This document shows, in pieces, positions 1 through 12,669 of a DNA stretch of 64,000 nucleotides. Numbering within the stretch: the first letter of the stretch is position 1; each line of letters opens with the position of its first letter. Source of the stretch: Bryobacterales bacterium (GTDB taxonomy: Bacteria > Acidobacteriota > Terriglobia > Bryobacterales > UBA6623); contig OY729428.2 in the NCBI GenBank assembly GCA_963422375.2, positions 3,008,001 to 3,072,000 of the forward strand, given 5' to 3'. The position numbers were made by a program, and so were the translations under genes. Below the pieces are notes generated by a model. The model worked only from the letters and a program-made list of their open reading frames with translations, made no database searches and was not told where the DNA came from.

Positions 1-639
1 ATAGGCGGGTCGCACCACGCCAGGCAATCGCCGACGGGCCCGGAGGGCCCGCGCGCTGTGTCGCTCGCATGCGACTCATGGACTTGCCGTCGCCGAGCCT
101 TGCAGGCGAAGCACTGCGAGCCCATTTGCAACGCTGCATGGCGGCCGCCTCATGATCCCTCCCTCCAACAGCGTCTAGGTGAATCGTCCCCTCGGGACGC
201 AGCCTAGCCGCCCAGCGCCACAGCGGCCCACGGGCTCAAGCCCGGGCAAGGCCTGCCAGCATGCCGGATCCGTGTGGCCGCACGACGTCAGCCCCTGACG
301 TGGAGGCAGTTCTCGGATTGGCCGGCATTTCTTCCCGTACCTATAATCAACAGCGATGGCAGCTCACCGCTCCAGGGTGCTGGCGGTCGCCTCGATCTTC
401 GCCGCCAGCCTCGCGAGCGGCCAGCAGGCCGACCCACGGTCGCTGGCCAAGCAGGCCGGCCTAGCGATGAAGGGCCGAGACTTCGCCCGTGCAGAGCGGC
501 TCTACAGGGAACTGGCGCAGCTCTTCCCGGACGAGCCGGGAATGGCTCTGAATCTCGGGCTCGCTCAGTTTTCGTCGGGAAGGTTCGAAGACGCTGCCGA
601 GCAGTTCGAACGCTTCCTCGCGCGCGGGCCGAGCCAAGG

Positions 640-655
640 CCCAGCTTCCCAGCTT
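640..655. repeat. Exact 8-bp tandem duplication CCCAGCTT x2 causing a frameshift
   Basis: Read directly; deleting one copy restores the TPR frame. Confidence 0.95.
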
Positions 656-780
656 GGTTGCTGCTCGGGCTGTCGCACCAGAGACTGAATCGGCCGGACG
701 AGGCGATCAAACCGCTCCGAAGGGCCCTCGAACTCGACCCCGCGAACCGTACCGCCGAACTCGAGCTGGCCGACGCTCTT

Positions 781-796
781 CTTCGAAGCTTCGAAG
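781..796. repeat. Exact 8-bp tandem duplication CTTCGAAG x2 causing a frameshift
   Basis: Read directly; deleting one copy restores the TPR frame (ALLRSGKPD). Confidence 0.95.
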
Positions 797-1615
797 CGGA
801 AAGCCGGACAGCGCCGCGTCGAGATTCCGGGCCCTGGCCGAGCGCGACCCGAGGGATCCGAAAGCCTGGCTGGGTCTCGGCCTGACCTACACCGATCTCT
901 CGCGGCGCGCGGGAGAGGCTCTCGCACGCACTGCACTGGAGTCGGCATTCAGTCTCCTGCTCCAAGCTCACTCGGCGCAGGCGCGCGGCCGCTATCGCGC
1001 GGCGTTCGGGCATTACCGCGCTGCCCTCGCGATCGAGCCCGCGGCTCCCGGCGCACGCCGGGCCGTGGCCGAAATCTACGCGGCAACCGGCCATCGGGAC
1101 TGGGCGGAGGCCGAGCTGGCCAAGGCTCCCGCCCCGCCGCCATGCTCCCAGCAGCCATTGGCGTGCTCGTTCGAGTCCGGCATGCATGACGCGATCCTGC
1201 GAGCGACCGTCGAGTCCGGCACCGCGGAGTCATTGTACTGGCGAGCGCTGGCGTTCAGCGGCAAGGCGCGGGATGCCCACGATCATCTCCTCGCGCTGCC
1301 TCCGTCGTCCGCGTCGCATCGCCTGCTGGCTTCGGTCGACGATCTCTCCGGCCGCCCGCGCGACGCCGCGGCTGCGTGGAGGAAGGCAGTTGATCTCGAC
1401 CCGGCCGACCTATCCCTGAGACGCAACCTGCTGCGCTCGCTCCGCAGCGCCGGCCTGCACGAGGAATCGCTCCGCGAGGCGGGCGCTCTGCTGAAGCTCC
1501 GGCCGGAATCGGCTGCAGGGCGCTTCCATTGGGAATTATATATCTGAGTGCCGAGGGAATCGAGTTGGCAAATTATCAAGCCATTATAAGATTTCATATT
1601 TCTTCCGACTTTCCG

Positions 1616-1645
1616 TTGACATTCTGTGGTGTTTCTTGGTAGAAT
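1616..1645 (+). promoter_or_regulatory. Putative sigma70 promoter of the IS1595 transposase
   Basis: TTGACA (1616-1621), 18-bp spacer, TGn-TAGAAT (1637-1645) in an AT-rich stretch, just upstream of the ATG at 1669. Confidence 0.6.
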
Positions 1646-1668
1646 AGTTCCAGCAGGGGATACCGTAA

Positions 1669-2625
1669 ATGAAGAAATCAGGTCCCGGGAAGTGGTTCCG
1701 TAAAGGCATCACATTGATCGAAGTGATCGCCATGTTCCCCGATGACGAATCCGCGGAAAAGTGGTTCGTCTCCATGCGCTGGCCGGACGGTCCCGCGTGC
1801 CCCCGCTGCCGCGGCTCCAGCGTGCAGTCCGGCGCGGCCCACCCTTCGATGCCGTACCGTTGCCGCGGCTGCGGCAAGCGCTTTTCCGTGCGCACCGGCA
1901 GCGTGACGGCCGACACCAAGCTCGGCTACCGCACCCGGGCCGTCGCCCTGTTCCTGCTGACCACCGGCATCAAGGGCGTCTCGAGCATGAAGCTGCACCG
2001 CGACCCGGGCGTCAGCCGGAAGTCGGCCTGGCACCTGGCGCACCGCATCCGCGCGTGCTGGGAGCGGCATCGGGGCCTGTTCGCCGGCCCGGTGGAGGTG
2101 GACGAGACCTGCGTCGGCGGCAAGGAACGCAACCAGCACGAGAGGAAGAAGGCCCGTGCCGGGCGCGGGCCCGTCGGCAAGACGCCCGTGGCGGGGGCGC
2201 GGGACCGCGCCACGAACGCAGTGGCCGCGCGGCCGCTGCCGGGCACGACCAAGGGCGACCTGCAGGGCTTCGTGCGCGCCCGCGTCGCGCCGGGGGCGCA
2301 GGTCCGCTCCGACGAGGCGGCGGCCTGCGCCGGCATGGCGGAGTTCCCGCACGAAGCCGTCAGGCACTCCGGCGGCGAGTACGTGCGCGGGGCAGCGCAT
2401 GCGAACGGCATCGAGTCGTTTTGGTCCCTGTTCAAGCGCGGCCTGTACGGAACCTATCACCGGATGAGCGTCCGTCATCTCGGCCGCTACCTGACGGAGT
2501 TCGCGGGACGGTGCAACGATCGCGACTGCGACACGGCGGAACGGATGCGGCGCATGGCGCGGGGCCTGGTCGGCCGGACGCTGACCTACCGGCAGCTGAC
2601 CGGCAAGGCCGCGGTCGCGGCCTGA
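1669..2625 (+). CDS. IS1595-family DDE transposase
   Basis: N-terminal Zn ribbon (RWPDGPACPRC...YRCRGC), HTH (KGVSSMKLHRD), catalytic motifs VEVDET, SDE and NGIESFWSLFKRG. Confidence 0.95.
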   Translation: MKKSGPGKWFRKGITLIEVIAMFPDDESAEKWFVSMRWPDGPACPRCRGSSVQSGAAHPSMPYRCRGCGKRFSVRTGSVTADTKLGYRTRAVALFLLTTGIKGVSSMKLHRDPGVSRKSAWHLAHRIRACWERHRGLFAGPVEVDETCVGGKERNQHERKKARAGRGPVGKTPVAGARDRATNAVAARPLPGTTKGDLQGFVRARVAPGAQVRSDEAAACAGMAEFPHEAVRHSGGEYVRGAAHANGIESFWSLFKRGLYGTYHRMSVRHLGRYLTEFAGRCNDRDCDTAERMRRMARGLVGRTLTYRQLTGKAAVAA

Positions 2626-3342
2626 GCGGCGCCCGCCGAGCCGAGCGCGGCGGCCCGCTCCGGGCGCTCTCTTCGCGCTCGGTGCGAGGGGTGCACCGGA
2701 TCCGGAATCCCCCGGCGCGACCCGAGTCCGGCCCGGACCGTCGATGCAGGCCGTCGAGCGCCGGGGATCCGCTGCCTTCGGCACTCGGAGGGCACGCAAT
2801 CGGCTTGCAAGGGGTGCCCTGCCACCGCCAACCGGGTTTCACCGGGGCATGCGAGGCGGCCTCTCTAGTCTGTTCCTCGTCCAATCCGCTGGCAGGCTCG
2901 ATTCAGATACGATCCCACCCCTCCGTGCCTGCCAAGGCCGCACTCGAATGACCCGAGCTCGACACCGACCTCCCTGCTCACAGCAGTTCTAGTCGGACCT
3001 GGCGTTGTCGGCACTCAGATATATAATTCCCCTTCCATTCGGGCGATTCCCTACTCAAACTGGGTCGGGTCGACGAGGCAATCCCGGTTCTCGAAGAGGC
3101 GGCCCGCCTTGCTCCCGGCGACCGCCGCATAGGCGTCTCCCTTGCAACCGCGTACCTGCTTGCCAGACGGGGGACAGCGTCGGTCCCGCACCTTGAGGCC
3201 GCACTGAGGGACGGGGAGGACGAGCGCCTGCTCTTCCAGCTCTCGCGCGCTTATCGGGCGGCCGGACGGACAGACGATTCCCTCGCTGCCTTGGAGCGTC
3301 CCCAGAACGCGCTAGCAGCCAAGCAGGCGTATCCAGACGCGG

Positions 3343-5016
3343 ATGAGATCGCGCCTCCCTAGCCGGGCTCGCGCCGCGGCGGCGTGGGCCGTCGCGGGCC
3401 GCTGCGTCGCCATGGCGGCGATTCTGCATCCCGCCGCGGCGCAGATTCGATTCCGGAACGTCGCGGGCGAGGCCGGCTTGGAATTCGTGCTGGAGAGCCG
3501 CCCGACCCCAGCCAAGCACATGGTCGAGGCCGTGGCGGGCGGGGTGGCGGCGTTCGACGCGGACTCGGACGGACTCGTCGACCTCTATTTCGCGAACGGC
3601 GCGGACTCGACGTCCCTGAGAAAGCAGGGGGCCCGGCATTCGAACCGGCTCTACCGCAACCTAGGCGGCATGAGGTTTGCGGACGTCACCGAGGACGCCG
3701 GTCTGGAGGGTCGCGGGTACTCCATGGGCGTCGCGGCGGCCGACTACGACAACGACGGGGATGCCGACCTGTTCGTCGCCGGCGTCCGTGCGAACGCGCT
3801 CTACCGCAACGACGGCACCGGCCGATTCGTCGACACGGCCCGCGAGGCCGGGATCGCCAGCGATCATTGGTCGGTCGCGGCCAGGTGGTTCGATTATGAC
3901 GGCGACGGCGCGCTGGACCTGTTCGTCGTCAACTACCTCGACTGGACGCCTGAAGACGACCGCTTCTGCGGGGACCGGGCCCGCGGGCTGAGAATCTATT
4001 GCAGCCCGACTTACTTCCGCGGCCTGCCGAACTCGCTGTACCGCAATCGCGGCGACGGGACCTTCGAAGACGTCTCGGAGCCCTCGGGGATCGCCAGGCA
4101 TGCGGGCAAGGGCATGAGCGTCGCATTCGCCGACTACGATCTCGACGGGCGGATCGACGCATTTGTCACGAACGACACGGAGGCCGACTTCCTGTTCCGC
4201 AATATGGGCGACGGCTCGTTCAAGGAGCGCGGGCTCTTCGCAGGAGTCGCGCTGGCCTCGGACGGCACCCCGATGTCGAGCATGGGAGTCGATTTCCGCG
4301 ACTTCGACAACGACGGCCTTCCCGACATCCACGTGACGGCCCTAACCCGCCAGACGTTTCCACTCTTCCGCAATCTCGGAGACGGCCTCTTCGACGACTC
4401 CACCGCACGGAGCAGCCTGTACGGACTCACCGTTGCGCGCAGCGGCTGGGCGAACGCGCTTGCGGATTTCGACAATGACGGCCACAGGGACCTGTTCGTC
4501 GCCGCCTCGCACGTCAACGATCTAGCCGACGAATTCGAGAATTCACCCTACGAGCAGCCGAACGCGGTCTTTCGGAACAACGGCGACGGCACGTTCTCCG
4601 ACGCAAGCGGCAGGGCGGCGGACTTCCCGCCCGCAGCGCATCGCGGTGCTGCCTTCGCCGATCTCGACCAGGACGGTCGGGTGCACGCGGCCGTGTCCGT
4701 TATCGGGGGTCCCGCCCAGCTCTGGCGCAACGAGAGCCCAGAGAGCAACCGCTGGCTCGGCGTCCGCCTTGCCGGGAGCGCCAGCAATGCCGACGGCATC
4801 GGAGCGATCGTGCGCGCAGCCGGCCAGTTCGCTACGGCGACCTCGACCGTCGGCTACGCGTCCTCGTCCCTCGCGCCGCTGCATTTCGGACTGGGCGACT
4901 CGCCCGAACTCGACCGGATCCAAGTCACCTGGCCGAACGGCACGGAGCAGTCGGTGAGGGTGGTCGGGCTCGACCGCGTCATCTCGGTCCGCGAGGACGG
5001 CGCCGGTGCCCCGTAG
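3343..5016 (+). CDS. CRTAC1-family protein (FG-GAP-like repeats plus ASPIC/UnbV C-terminal domain)
   Basis: Repeated D(Y/F)DxDGxxDL(F/Y) motifs and LYRNxGxGxFxD units; C-terminal SNADGIGA...GYASS...LHFGLG...VTWPNG. The start may lie further downstream. Confidence 0.92.
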   Translation: MRSRLPSRARAAAAWAVAGRCVAMAAILHPAAAQIRFRNVAGEAGLEFVLESRPTPAKHMVEAVAGGVAAFDADSDGLVDLYFANGADSTSLRKQGARHSNRLYRNLGGMRFADVTEDAGLEGRGYSMGVAAADYDNDGDADLFVAGVRANALYRNDGTGRFVDTAREAGIASDHWSVAARWFDYDGDGALDLFVVNYLDWTPEDDRFCGDRARGLRIYCSPTYFRGLPNSLYRNRGDGTFEDVSEPSGIARHAGKGMSVAFADYDLDGRIDAFVTNDTEADFLFRNMGDGSFKERGLFAGVALASDGTPMSSMGVDFRDFDNDGLPDIHVTALTRQTFPLFRNLGDGLFDDSTARSSLYGLTVARSGWANALADFDNDGHRDLFVAASHVNDLADEFENSPYEQPNAVFRNNGDGTFSDASGRAADFPPAAHRGAAFADLDQDGRVHAAVSVIGGPAQLWRNESPESNRWLGVRLAGSASNADGIGAIVRAAGQFATATSTVGYASSSLAPLHFGLGDSPELDRIQVTWPNGTEQSVRVVGLDRVISVREDGAGAP

Positions 5017-5278
5017 GCCCTCGGCGCCTCCTGCATGCGAGGCGCGGGAGTTCCCAGCGCGCCTGCCAAGCACTCCGAGCCGATCCGCCGAGCGGACGCG
5101 CCGCCCCACACCCGTCGATCCGGCTGCGGGGCGCCCCCTCCGAGGGCTCCGGGCAGTTCCGGTCGAGCCTCGCCCTTCCTTCAGGCAGGGAGCGTGATAT
5201 AAGATGTTGGCAAGGAGGAGGTTTCGCGGGCTCGGTGACGGCCGTGCCCTCCCAGCCGGTGAGGAGGGCAGTGGAGCG

Positions 5279-6199
5279 GTGGACTTTGATCAGCTGAACA
5301 CGTTCCTTGAGATCGTCCGCCTGAACAGCTTCTCCAAGGCAGCCAAGACCTGCTATCGCACCCAGCCGGCCATCAGCGCCCAGATCCGGCAAATGGAGCA
5401 GGAGCTCGGAACGCAGCTCTTCGAGCGCTTCGGCAGCCGGATTAAGCTGACGATCGCCGGTCGCACTTTCGCGAAATACGCTGCCAAGATCCTCGACATG
5501 CGGCGCCAAGGCTTCGACGCCGTGCGCGAGCTAGATCGGGTGCCGAGAGGCGAGATCAGCATCGCGGCGAACGAATCGACCTGCGTCCACGTGCTGCCGG
5601 CCGTGTTCTCGCGCTTCAAGGATCTCTTCCCCAACGTGCAGCTCCAAGTCGTGCGGTCGTACGGCGAGAAGACGATCGAATCCGTGCTCGGCAACTCCGT
5701 GGACTTCGGCATCACCCAGCTTCCCCTGAGCGAGAAGAAGCTAGAGGTCGTGCAGGTCTACTCCGACGAGATCCGCCTGTTCACTGCGCCGACGCATCGC
5801 CTCGCATCAAGGAAAGCAGTGGGTGCCGACGAGATCGTCAAGGAGCACCTGCTGCTGCCGAAGGGCGGGCGGACGCGCACGCGTATCAACGAATTCCTCG
5901 GCGACTACGAAGACCGACTGCAGATCTCCATGGAACTGGAATCGAGCGTGATGCAAAAGCGATTCACCGAGGCCCAGCTTGGCGTCACGTTCATGGCCGT
6001 CTCGAACGCCCGCGAGGAAATCCGGACGGGCCGCCTCAAGGCGATCCGGCTGCGCCCGCTCCCGATGATCCGCACGATCGGCTTGGTATACCGCAAGGAC
6101 AAGGCCCTGTCGCGCGCCGCGCTGGGATTCATCCAAGTCGTGAGCGAGTTCGCGGCGGAGACCGAAATGGGTCTTCCCCTAGCAAGGAAAGCGACATGA
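5279..6199 (+). CDS. LysR-family transcriptional regulator
   Basis: GTG start after GGAG; N-terminal HTH DFDQLNTFLEIVRLNSFSKAAKTCYRTQPAISAQIRQMEQELGTQLFER followed by a substrate-binding domain. Confidence 0.93.
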   Translation: MDFDQLNTFLEIVRLNSFSKAAKTCYRTQPAISAQIRQMEQELGTQLFERFGSRIKLTIAGRTFAKYAAKILDMRRQGFDAVRELDRVPRGEISIAANESTCVHVLPAVFSRFKDLFPNVQLQVVRSYGEKTIESVLGNSVDFGITQLPLSEKKLEVVQVYSDEIRLFTAPTHRLASRKAVGADEIVKEHLLLPKGGRTRTRINEFLGDYEDRLQISMELESSVMQKRFTEAQLGVTFMAVSNAREEIRTGRLKAIRLRPLPMIRTIGLVYRKDKALSRAALGFIQVVSEFAAETEMGLPLARKAT

Positions 6200-6522
6200 A
6201 GTGGGTTCTGAAGACCTCCCGCATCATCGTCGACACCGACAAAGGCAAGAGTGTGTTCCGGTCGCTCGCGGACTGCCCCCCGGACGTGAAGCGGCGCGTG
6301 CGCGAGACTGTCCCGGGGCCCGACGCCTGCACGATCCTGATTGCCAACAAGGAGGCCTACGAGGCGATCCGGCCGCCGGCCAGGACCTTGGACGCACTCC
6401 CTGACGAGGAGGCGCCGCGCCCGCGGGCCGATCTGCCGCGCTGGCAGGTCCGGGCCCTCTGGCTGCTCGCGGCGGTCGCAACCTTGGTGAGCCTGCTGGC
6501 GTGGGCGATGCACAGCGGGTAG
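6196..6522 (+). CDS. Hypothetical protein with C-terminal transmembrane helix
   Basis: ATGA overlap with the LysR stop; 108 aa; hydrophobic tail ALWLLAAVATLVSLLAWA. Confidence 0.7.
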   Translation: MKWVLKTSRIIVDTDKGKSVFRSLADCPPDVKRRVRETVPGPDACTILIANKEAYEAIRPPARTLDALPDEEAPRPRADLPRWQVRALWLLAAVATLVSLLAWAMHSG

Positions 6523-6572
6523 CGCCCGCGCGCGACTGACCGCGACGGCCGCCCGTCGTACCATAGGCCTTC

Positions 6573-7448
6573 ATGCGCATCGTCACGTTCTCGTGCGGAT
6601 CCCACGTCCGGGAAGCCGGCCTGCTGGTCGGCAACAGGGTCGTGGGCCTCGCGGCACACGGCTATCCCGACGCAGTCTCGCTGCTCGCAGAGGGTGGGCC
6701 GTCGCCGGACCTGCTGGCCGAGGCAACGGCTCGCGGCGAGTCCTTCGACTTCGGGGAGGTCCGCCTGCACGCTCCCGTCCCTGATCCCGGCAAGTTCATC
6801 TGCATCGGGCTGAACTACCGCGACCACGCCATCGAGTCGGGAATGGAGATTCCGCAGATTCCGACCGTGTTCACCAAGTACCGGAACGCGGTCTGCGGCC
6901 ATGGCGAGGCCATCGTGCTGCCGTCCGTTTCGAGCCAGGTGGACTACGAGGCCGAGCTGGCGTTCGTCATCGGGAAGCGGGCCAAGCGCGTCAAAGCCGC
7001 GGACTGGGAGAGCTACGTGTTCGGCTACACCTGCGTGCATGACGTGAGCGCGCGGGACTACCAGCTGGCCACGTCGCAATGGACGATCGGCAAGACCTTC
7101 GACACTTTCGGGCCCATGGGGCCGGCACTGGTGAGCAGGGACGAAGTGCCCGATCCGAACAGCCTGCGCATCTGGTTCGATCTCAACGGCGTGAGATTGC
7201 AGGATTCGAACACCAGCCAGCTGGTGTTCGACGTGCCGGCACTGCTCGAGTACCTGTCCGCGGTGATGACCTTGGAGCCGGGCGATATCGTCTCGACCGG
7301 CACGCCGCCGGGAGTGGGGTTCGCGCGCAAGCCGCCCGTCTACCTCAAGCCGGGCGACGTTTGCACGGTCGGTATCGAAGGCATCGGCGAACTCGTCAAT
7401 CCCTGCGTTAGCGAGGACGCCCGAGGCGGAAACGCGACCGCGGGCTAG
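6573..7448 (+). CDS. Fumarylacetoacetate hydrolase family protein
   Basis: Motifs KFICIGLNYRDH, DYEAELAFVIGK, DVSARD, GKTFDTFGPMGP and GDIVSTGTPPGVG. Confidence 0.95.
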   Translation: MRIVTFSCGSHVREAGLLVGNRVVGLAAHGYPDAVSLLAEGGPSPDLLAEATARGESFDFGEVRLHAPVPDPGKFICIGLNYRDHAIESGMEIPQIPTVFTKYRNAVCGHGEAIVLPSVSSQVDYEAELAFVIGKRAKRVKAADWESYVFGYTCVHDVSARDYQLATSQWTIGKTFDTFGPMGPALVSRDEVPDPNSLRIWFDLNGVRLQDSNTSQLVFDVPALLEYLSAVMTLEPGDIVSTGTPPGVGFARKPPVYLKPGDVCTVGIEGIGELVNPCVSEDARGGNATAG

Positions 7449-7873
7449 TGGCGCGTCGCCGTCGCGACGCGCGCCTTGGCTCGCACGAGGGCCTGCTGCG
7501 CTCTATCCAGGTCGATCTCGAGCGACTGCAGCTGGAGCCGCTCGTTCGCCCGCTCCATGGCCCGGCGCGCCCGGTCCACATCGATTTCCGTGTCGAGTTC
7601 CGCGTGGCTTGCGAGGACGCGCACGCGGTCGGGCAGGACTTCCACGGCGCCGCCACCGACCGCAAGGAAGTGCTCCGTACCCTCGAGGTCAGCGTAGGTG
7701 ACCTCGCCGACGCCGACCTCGCCCAGTAGCGGCGCGTGCCCTGGCAGCACGCCGAGGTAGCCCGTGGTGAGAGGCAGCTGAACGGACAACGATTCCGCGT
7801 CCAGCACCCGGCGGTCGGGAACGGCGATCTCGATTCGAAGAGTGCTGTCAGGCATCGCAGCAGGCGGGGGCAT
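7445..7873 (-). CDS. atpC: F1 ATP synthase epsilon subunit
   Basis: GYLGVLPGHAPL, VGGGAVEV and IDVDRARRAMERA; downstream of atpD. The start may be 7855. Confidence 0.93.
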   Translation of the reverse strand: MPPPAAMPDSTLRIEIAVPDRRVLDAESLSVQLPLTTGYLGVLPGHAPLLGEVGVGEVTYADLEGTEHFLAVGGGAVEVLPDRVRVLASHAELDTEIDVDRARRAMERANERLQLQSLEIDLDRAQQALVRAKARVATATRH

Positions 7874-7966
7874 GCGCTCCCTCGCCCGATTGTAGCGCCC
7901 GACAGCCGTCCGTCCGGTCGCGGGAAGCGGGATGGCCCGGCGGAGGCCCGCTCTTCGGCGCGCGGG

Positions 7967-8689
7967 TCACTCGCCGCCCAAGGCGCGGCGAATCGCAGCG
8001 GCGGAGTGCGCCGCGAGCCGCGCGCTCGCCTCCCGGGAGAAATGGACGTTGTCCGGCCGCACGTGGGGGATCCCTTCCGAGGCAATGAACCTATTCATGT
8101 CGTCCACCTCGACGCCGTGCCGGTTCATAACCTCTCGCGCGGCTTCGTTGTACTCGGGCAAGTCCGCCGGGACGCGGCCCGACGCCCCGTCCGGGACCGG
8201 CGTCGTCGGCCGCCACAGGAGCTTGGCTCCGGTCCTCTTGAGCCGGGCAACCAGCAGATCCAGATTGGCCCGATATTCCGAGACGGTGCTGACCTGCTCG
8301 CCCTCGGGCGGCAGGGCGAGCTTCCCTTCCGCGTCGACGTACTTGAGGTCGTGCAGGCCCCAGTTGAAGTGGATAAGATCCCACTTGCCGTCGCCCAGCC
8401 ACCGGTCGATCCTGTCGAGCCCGCGCCAGGTGTGGGCGCAGTTCTCGGGCGGCCGATGGACGTTGGCAACCCCCTCGAGGGCCTCACGCAACGGCAGCGT
8501 GTACCCGATCGAAATCGAATCGCCGATCAGCAGCACTCGCGGAAGGCCGGGTTCATCCGTCACGGGCGCGAACTCCGCCCGGATCTGAGCGCCGACAGGG
8601 ACAACCAGCCCGGAGGCGGCTAGTCCGCCTGCCAGCAGTCGCAGCCAGCGCCGGCGCGCTCGGTCGACGAAGGCCGTGTTCGAAATCAT
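7967..8689 (-). CDS. SGNH/GDSL-family hydrolase with Tat-like signal peptide
   Basis: RRRWL Tat-like leader; block I LLIGDSIS, block III HFNWGLHD and block V DNVH. Confidence 0.88.
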   Translation of the reverse strand: MISNTAFVDRARRRWLRLLAGGLAASGLVVPVGAQIRAEFAPVTDEPGLPRVLLIGDSISIGYTLPLREALEGVANVHRPPENCAHTWRGLDRIDRWLGDGKWDLIHFNWGLHDLKYVDAEGKLALPPEGEQVSTVSEYRANLDLLVARLKRTGAKLLWRPTTPVPDGASGRVPADLPEYNEAAREVMNRHGVEVDDMNRFIASEGIPHVRPDNVHFSREASARLAAHSAAAIRRALGGE

Positions 8690-8767
8690 GCGCACACCTC
8701 CCTGCAACCAGCCGCGGACGGCCCCGACGACGGCCGTGAACGGCCGGACGTACTGATTCTACAGGGC

Positions 8768-10204
<1,437 letters not shown>

Positions 10205-10233
10205 CTATGTTCCCTTGCAGTCCGGACGCCGCG

Positions 10234-11100
<867 letters not shown>

Positions 11101-11102
11101 CG

Positions 11103-12641
11103 CTAGCTCGCCTTAGCCACCGGGTTGAGCGCGAGGAAGTGCTCCTTGAAGGTCTCGATGGCGCTCCGGAGGGCGCCTGTCGCCTCGGTGTCGAGCTTGC
11201 CGCCCTCGCGGAGCAGCGCCAGCGCACCGCCCTCCCCCTGACGATCAAGGAACTCGTACAGGCCCTCCTCGAAGCCCGCGACCTGCGACAGTTCGAGATC
11301 GTCCAGATAGCCCTTGGTGCCCGCGAAGATGATGGCAACCTGCTTCTCGACCGGCAGCGGCGAGTACTGCTTCTGCTTGAGGATCTCGACGAGCCGGTCC
11401 CCGCGATGCAGCTGCTGCTGCGAGGCCTTGTCGAGATCCGAGCCGAACTGGGCGAAGGCCGACAGGGCGCGGTACTGGGCGAGGTCCAGCCGCAAGGTGC
11501 CGGCGACGGACTTCATGGCCTTGATCTGGGCGTTGCCGCCGACGCGGCTCACCGAGATGCCCACGTCGACCGCCGGGCGGACGTTCGCGTTGAACAGGTC
11601 CGCCTGGAGATAGATCTGGCCGTCCGTGATCGAGATCACGTTCGTCGGGATGTACGCCGAGACGTCGCCCGCCTGGGTCTCGATGAACGGCAGCGCCGTC
11701 AGCGACCCGCCACCGTGCTGGTCGTTGAGCTTAGCGGCGCGCTCGAGCAGGCGCGAGTGGAGGTAGAACACGTCGCCGGGATAGGCCTCGCGGCCGGGCG
11801 GGCGCCTCAGCAGCAGCGAGATCTCACGATAGGCAGCGGCGTGCTTGGAAAGGTCATCGTAGATGCAGAGAGCGTGGCGGCCCGTGTCGCGGAAGAACTC
11901 CCCGATGGCCGCCCCGGCGAACGGCGCCAAGTACTGCATCGGGGCCGGGTCCGAAGCCGAGGCGACCACCACGATCGAATACTCCATCGCGCCCCGCTGC
12001 TCGAGCGTCTTGACGACCTGCGCTACGGTGGAGCGCTTCTGCCCGACCGCGACGTAAATGCAAATCACGTCGCCGCCCTTCTGGTTCAGGACGGTGTCGA
12101 TCGCGATGGCGGTCTTGCCGGTCTGACGGTCGCCGATGATGAGCTCGCGCTGGCCTCGCCCGATCGGGATCATCGAATCGATCGCCTTGAGCCCCGTCTG
12201 CATGGGCTGCTTGACGGGCTCGCGGTCGATGACGCCCGGCGCGATCCTCTCGACCGGGTTGTACTGCGCCGCCTCGATGGGGCCCTTGCCGTCCAGCGGC
12301 CGGCCCAAGGCGTTGACCACCCGGCCGACCATCGCGTCGCCGACCGGGATCGAGATGATCCTGCCCGTGCGGCGCACCTGATCGCCCTCCATGAGGTCGG
12401 AGTAGTCGCCCAAGAGCACGGCGCCGACCTGGTCCTCCTCGAGGTTCATCGCGATGCCGGCCGTACCGCCGGGGAATTCGAGCAGCTCGCCGGCCATCAC
12501 CCGCTCCAAGCCGTGGAGGCGGGCGATTCCGTCGCCGAGCGAGATGACCGAGCCGACCTCGGCGACCTCGACAGCTGACTCGTAATTCCGGATCCGGTCG
12601 CGGATCAGCTGCGAGATTTCCGCAGCGTTCATCTGTGCCAT
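11103..12641 (-). CDS. atpA: F1 ATP synthase alpha subunit
   Basis: GDRQTGKT Walker A and [23 protein letters not shown]. Confidence 0.99.
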   Translation of the reverse strand: MAQMNAAEISQLIRDRIRNYESAVEVAEVGSVISLGDGIARLHGLERVMAGELLEFPGGTAGIAMNLEEDQVGAVLLGDYSDLMEGDQVRRTGRIISIPVGDAMVGRVVNALGRPLDGKGPIEAAQYNPVERIAPGVIDREPVKQPMQTGLKAIDSMIPIGRGQRELIIGDRQTGKTAIAIDTVLNQKGGDVICIYVAVGQKRSTVAQVVKTLEQRGAMEYSIVVVASASDPAPMQYLAPFAGAAIGEFFRDTGRHALCIYDDLSKHAAAYREISLLLRRPPGREAYPGDVFYLHSRLLERAAKLNDQHGGGSLTALPFIETQAGDVSAYIPTNVISITDGQIYLQADLFNANVRPAVDVGISVSRVGGNAQIKAMKSVAGTLRLDLAQYRALSAFAQFGSDLDKASQQQLHRGDRLVEILKQKQYSPLPVEKQVAIIFAGTKGYLDDLELSQVAGFEEGLYEFLDRQGEGGALALLREGGKLDTEATGALRSAIETFKEHFLALNPVAKAS

Positions 12642-12669
12642 CAGGCAGCGTTCCTTTCGGGCGGCGGCA

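Larger units (their letters stand above)
1531..3031 (+). mobile_element. IS1595-family insertion sequence, type A (1501 bp)
   Basis: Perfect 24-bp terminal inverted repeats GGGAATTATATATCTGAGTGCCGA (1531-1554; reverse complement at 3008-3031); 8-bp target duplication CTTCCATT (1523-1530, 3032-3039); encodes an IS1595-type transposase. Confidence 0.97.
356..3362 (+). pseudogene. Exported tetratricopeptide-repeat (TPR) protein, disrupted by two 8-bp duplications and an IS1595 insertion
   Basis: Removing one copy each of CCCAGCTT (640-655) and CTTCGAAG (781-796), plus the IS at 1531-3031 with one TSD copy, gives one continuous frame: signal peptide MAAHRSRVLAVASIFAASLASG, ...GPAWLLLGLSHQRLNRPDEAIKPLRRALELDP...ALLRSGKPDSAASRF...GRFH|SGDSLLKLGRVDEAIPVLEEAARLAP...EIAPP, then TAG at 3360-3362, overlapping the next gene. 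TPR-like helix pairs throughout. Confidence 0.9.
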
